DNA of 63,967 nt, filler included, from Vicugna vicugna (Eukaryota), in the NCBI GenBank assembly GCA_013265495.1. It is 77 parts of 72 records of this genome, joined end to end, with 100 filler letters (N's around TTAATTAATTAA, not from the genome) between each part and the next. Parts side by side here need not be neighbours in the genome. Positions count along the whole stretch, not along the records: positions 62,807 to 63,083 come from MU060214.1; positions 63,184 to 63,967 come from PNXW01013349.1; 75 more parts are not named here. One strand, 5' to 3'. Under the pieces are notes generated by a model, which worked only from the letters and a program-made list of their open reading frames with translations, searched no databases and was not told the DNA's origin. Shown here piece by piece: positions 62,707 through 63,967 of the stretch; the first letter of the stretch is position 1; each line of letters opens with the position of its first letter. A program made the position numbers and the translations under genes.

Positions 62707-63183
62707 NNNNNNNNNNNNNNNNNNNNNNNNNNNNNNNNNNNNNNNNNNNNTTAATTAATTAANNNNNNNNNNNNNNNNNNNNNNNNNNNNNNNNNNNNNN
62801 NNNNNNGGCTGCGGGAGTGGCCATGCTTTTTGGAGTTCTAAGACTAGAGGCTGTGCTTAACAACTGTGCAGCGTTGTGAATTTTCCTTCCGGCCTCAGTA
62901 GAGACAAAGAATGGGCTCAGTGGTCAGTTCAGTTTGTTGGTTAGGGATGCAAACCAGGCAGAATGGACAACTGAGCTCCCTGAACAGATGTTGTCCCCAG
63001 GTCAGCTCTGCAGATGGGCAAGACGACTGGCCAGGATTTCAGTGCTGCTGCTGGCAGGAATTTGGTTCATCGATATCTGAGCANNNNNNNNNNNNNNNNN
63101 NNNNNNNNNNNNNNNNNNNNNNNNNNNTTAATTAATTAANNNNNNNNNNNNNNNNNNNNNNNNNNNNNNNNNNNNNNNNNNNN

Positions 63184-63245
63184 AAATAAATAAATAAACA
63201 TAATTACCTCCCACCACCAAAAAAAAAACAAAAAACAAAAAAAAC
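63184..63245 (+). mobile_element. vic-1-like SINE tail
   Basis: (AAAT)n-AAACATAATTACCTCCC plus poly-A; same tail motif as near 29021-29034. Confidence 0.7.
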
Positions 63246-63967
63246 AGATTGTTCAAAACAAAGTGAACTCTTCCACCATCTAGGAACTGACTCATGCTGA
63301 GCACCTGCCCTGAGGGAGGAAAGTAAGGCTGGCATTTTCTACCCCATCCCAAGCTTGTTCCTTACCCCTCCCTTCCTCCCTTTTGCTCACTGATATTTTC
63401 TATCTGCTATGGGGAGGAGGAGGGAAAGAGGAAAGGAAAGAAAATTTCCTTCTTGACGCTATGATCCATGATTGCAGTCATGCTCCCTGGGTCAGTCAGA
63501 TGTTTAAACTCACCTCTTTATTTAACGGGGAGCAGTCACAAATTATCTAACGGGGAGCAAAATTTTTTATCTGACACTCCCCGACCCTAACAAGTGTTTA
63601 CCTGTGGTTCCCTCAGTGAGGGTAGATGTAGCCCTACCTGCTCCTTTAGTTCTTTCCCCAGACTCTTCACGTCATCTACTCCATGACATTGGAAATACTG
63701 GTGTGCCCTGGAAAGGACTCAAGATGGCCGTTTGCTGGCTCTTTCTCAACTAGAGGACAGTGTGCCCTTACATAGCCTGTATCTGGTCCACGGGAAAGCC
63801 TTACACTTCATTCCTTGAGGGATGCATGTTGCCCATGTAGGGCATCTCTCTTGTGCTACTTTTCAATATCGCAGGCATCCATAGTTGGCAGTACACTGTG
63901 TCTCCAAAGTGCCAGGGTACATATTTCAAACTCTAAGTGGTTCAGTTGAATAGTTTTCCCACTGTTT

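Noticed and set aside
63246..63967. Possible ERV internal sequence
   Set aside because: No identifiable gag/pol/env motif or sustained ORF; left unannotated

Overview
This is not a contiguous locus. It is about 77 short unplaced mammalian scaffolds joined by an artificial 100-bp spacer (N44-TTAATTAATTAA-N44; I count about 76 copies). SINE and L1 signatures suggest a camelid. The real sequence is dominated by five tandem-repeat families: a GC-rich 267-bp satellite (SatA), a diverged multi-type relative of about 257-268 bp (SatA2), a 248-bp satellite (SatB), an AT-rich 741-bp unit made of three ~247-bp monomers homologous to SatB (SatC), and a 7-bp (TTCnnnn) satellite with a 63-bp higher-order period (SatD). 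The rest is L1, SINE, LTR and DNA-transposon fragments, plus three recognisable gene fragments: an intronless PSMB2 retrocopy, an IGLV pseudogene end with its 23-bp-spacer RSS, and an ANKRD26-like exon. Almost all ORFs in the supplied track are artefacts of N-runs or satellite DNA. I found no new protein-coding system; the main interest is the nested satellite architecture. Family names rest on recalled consensus sequences, not database searches.
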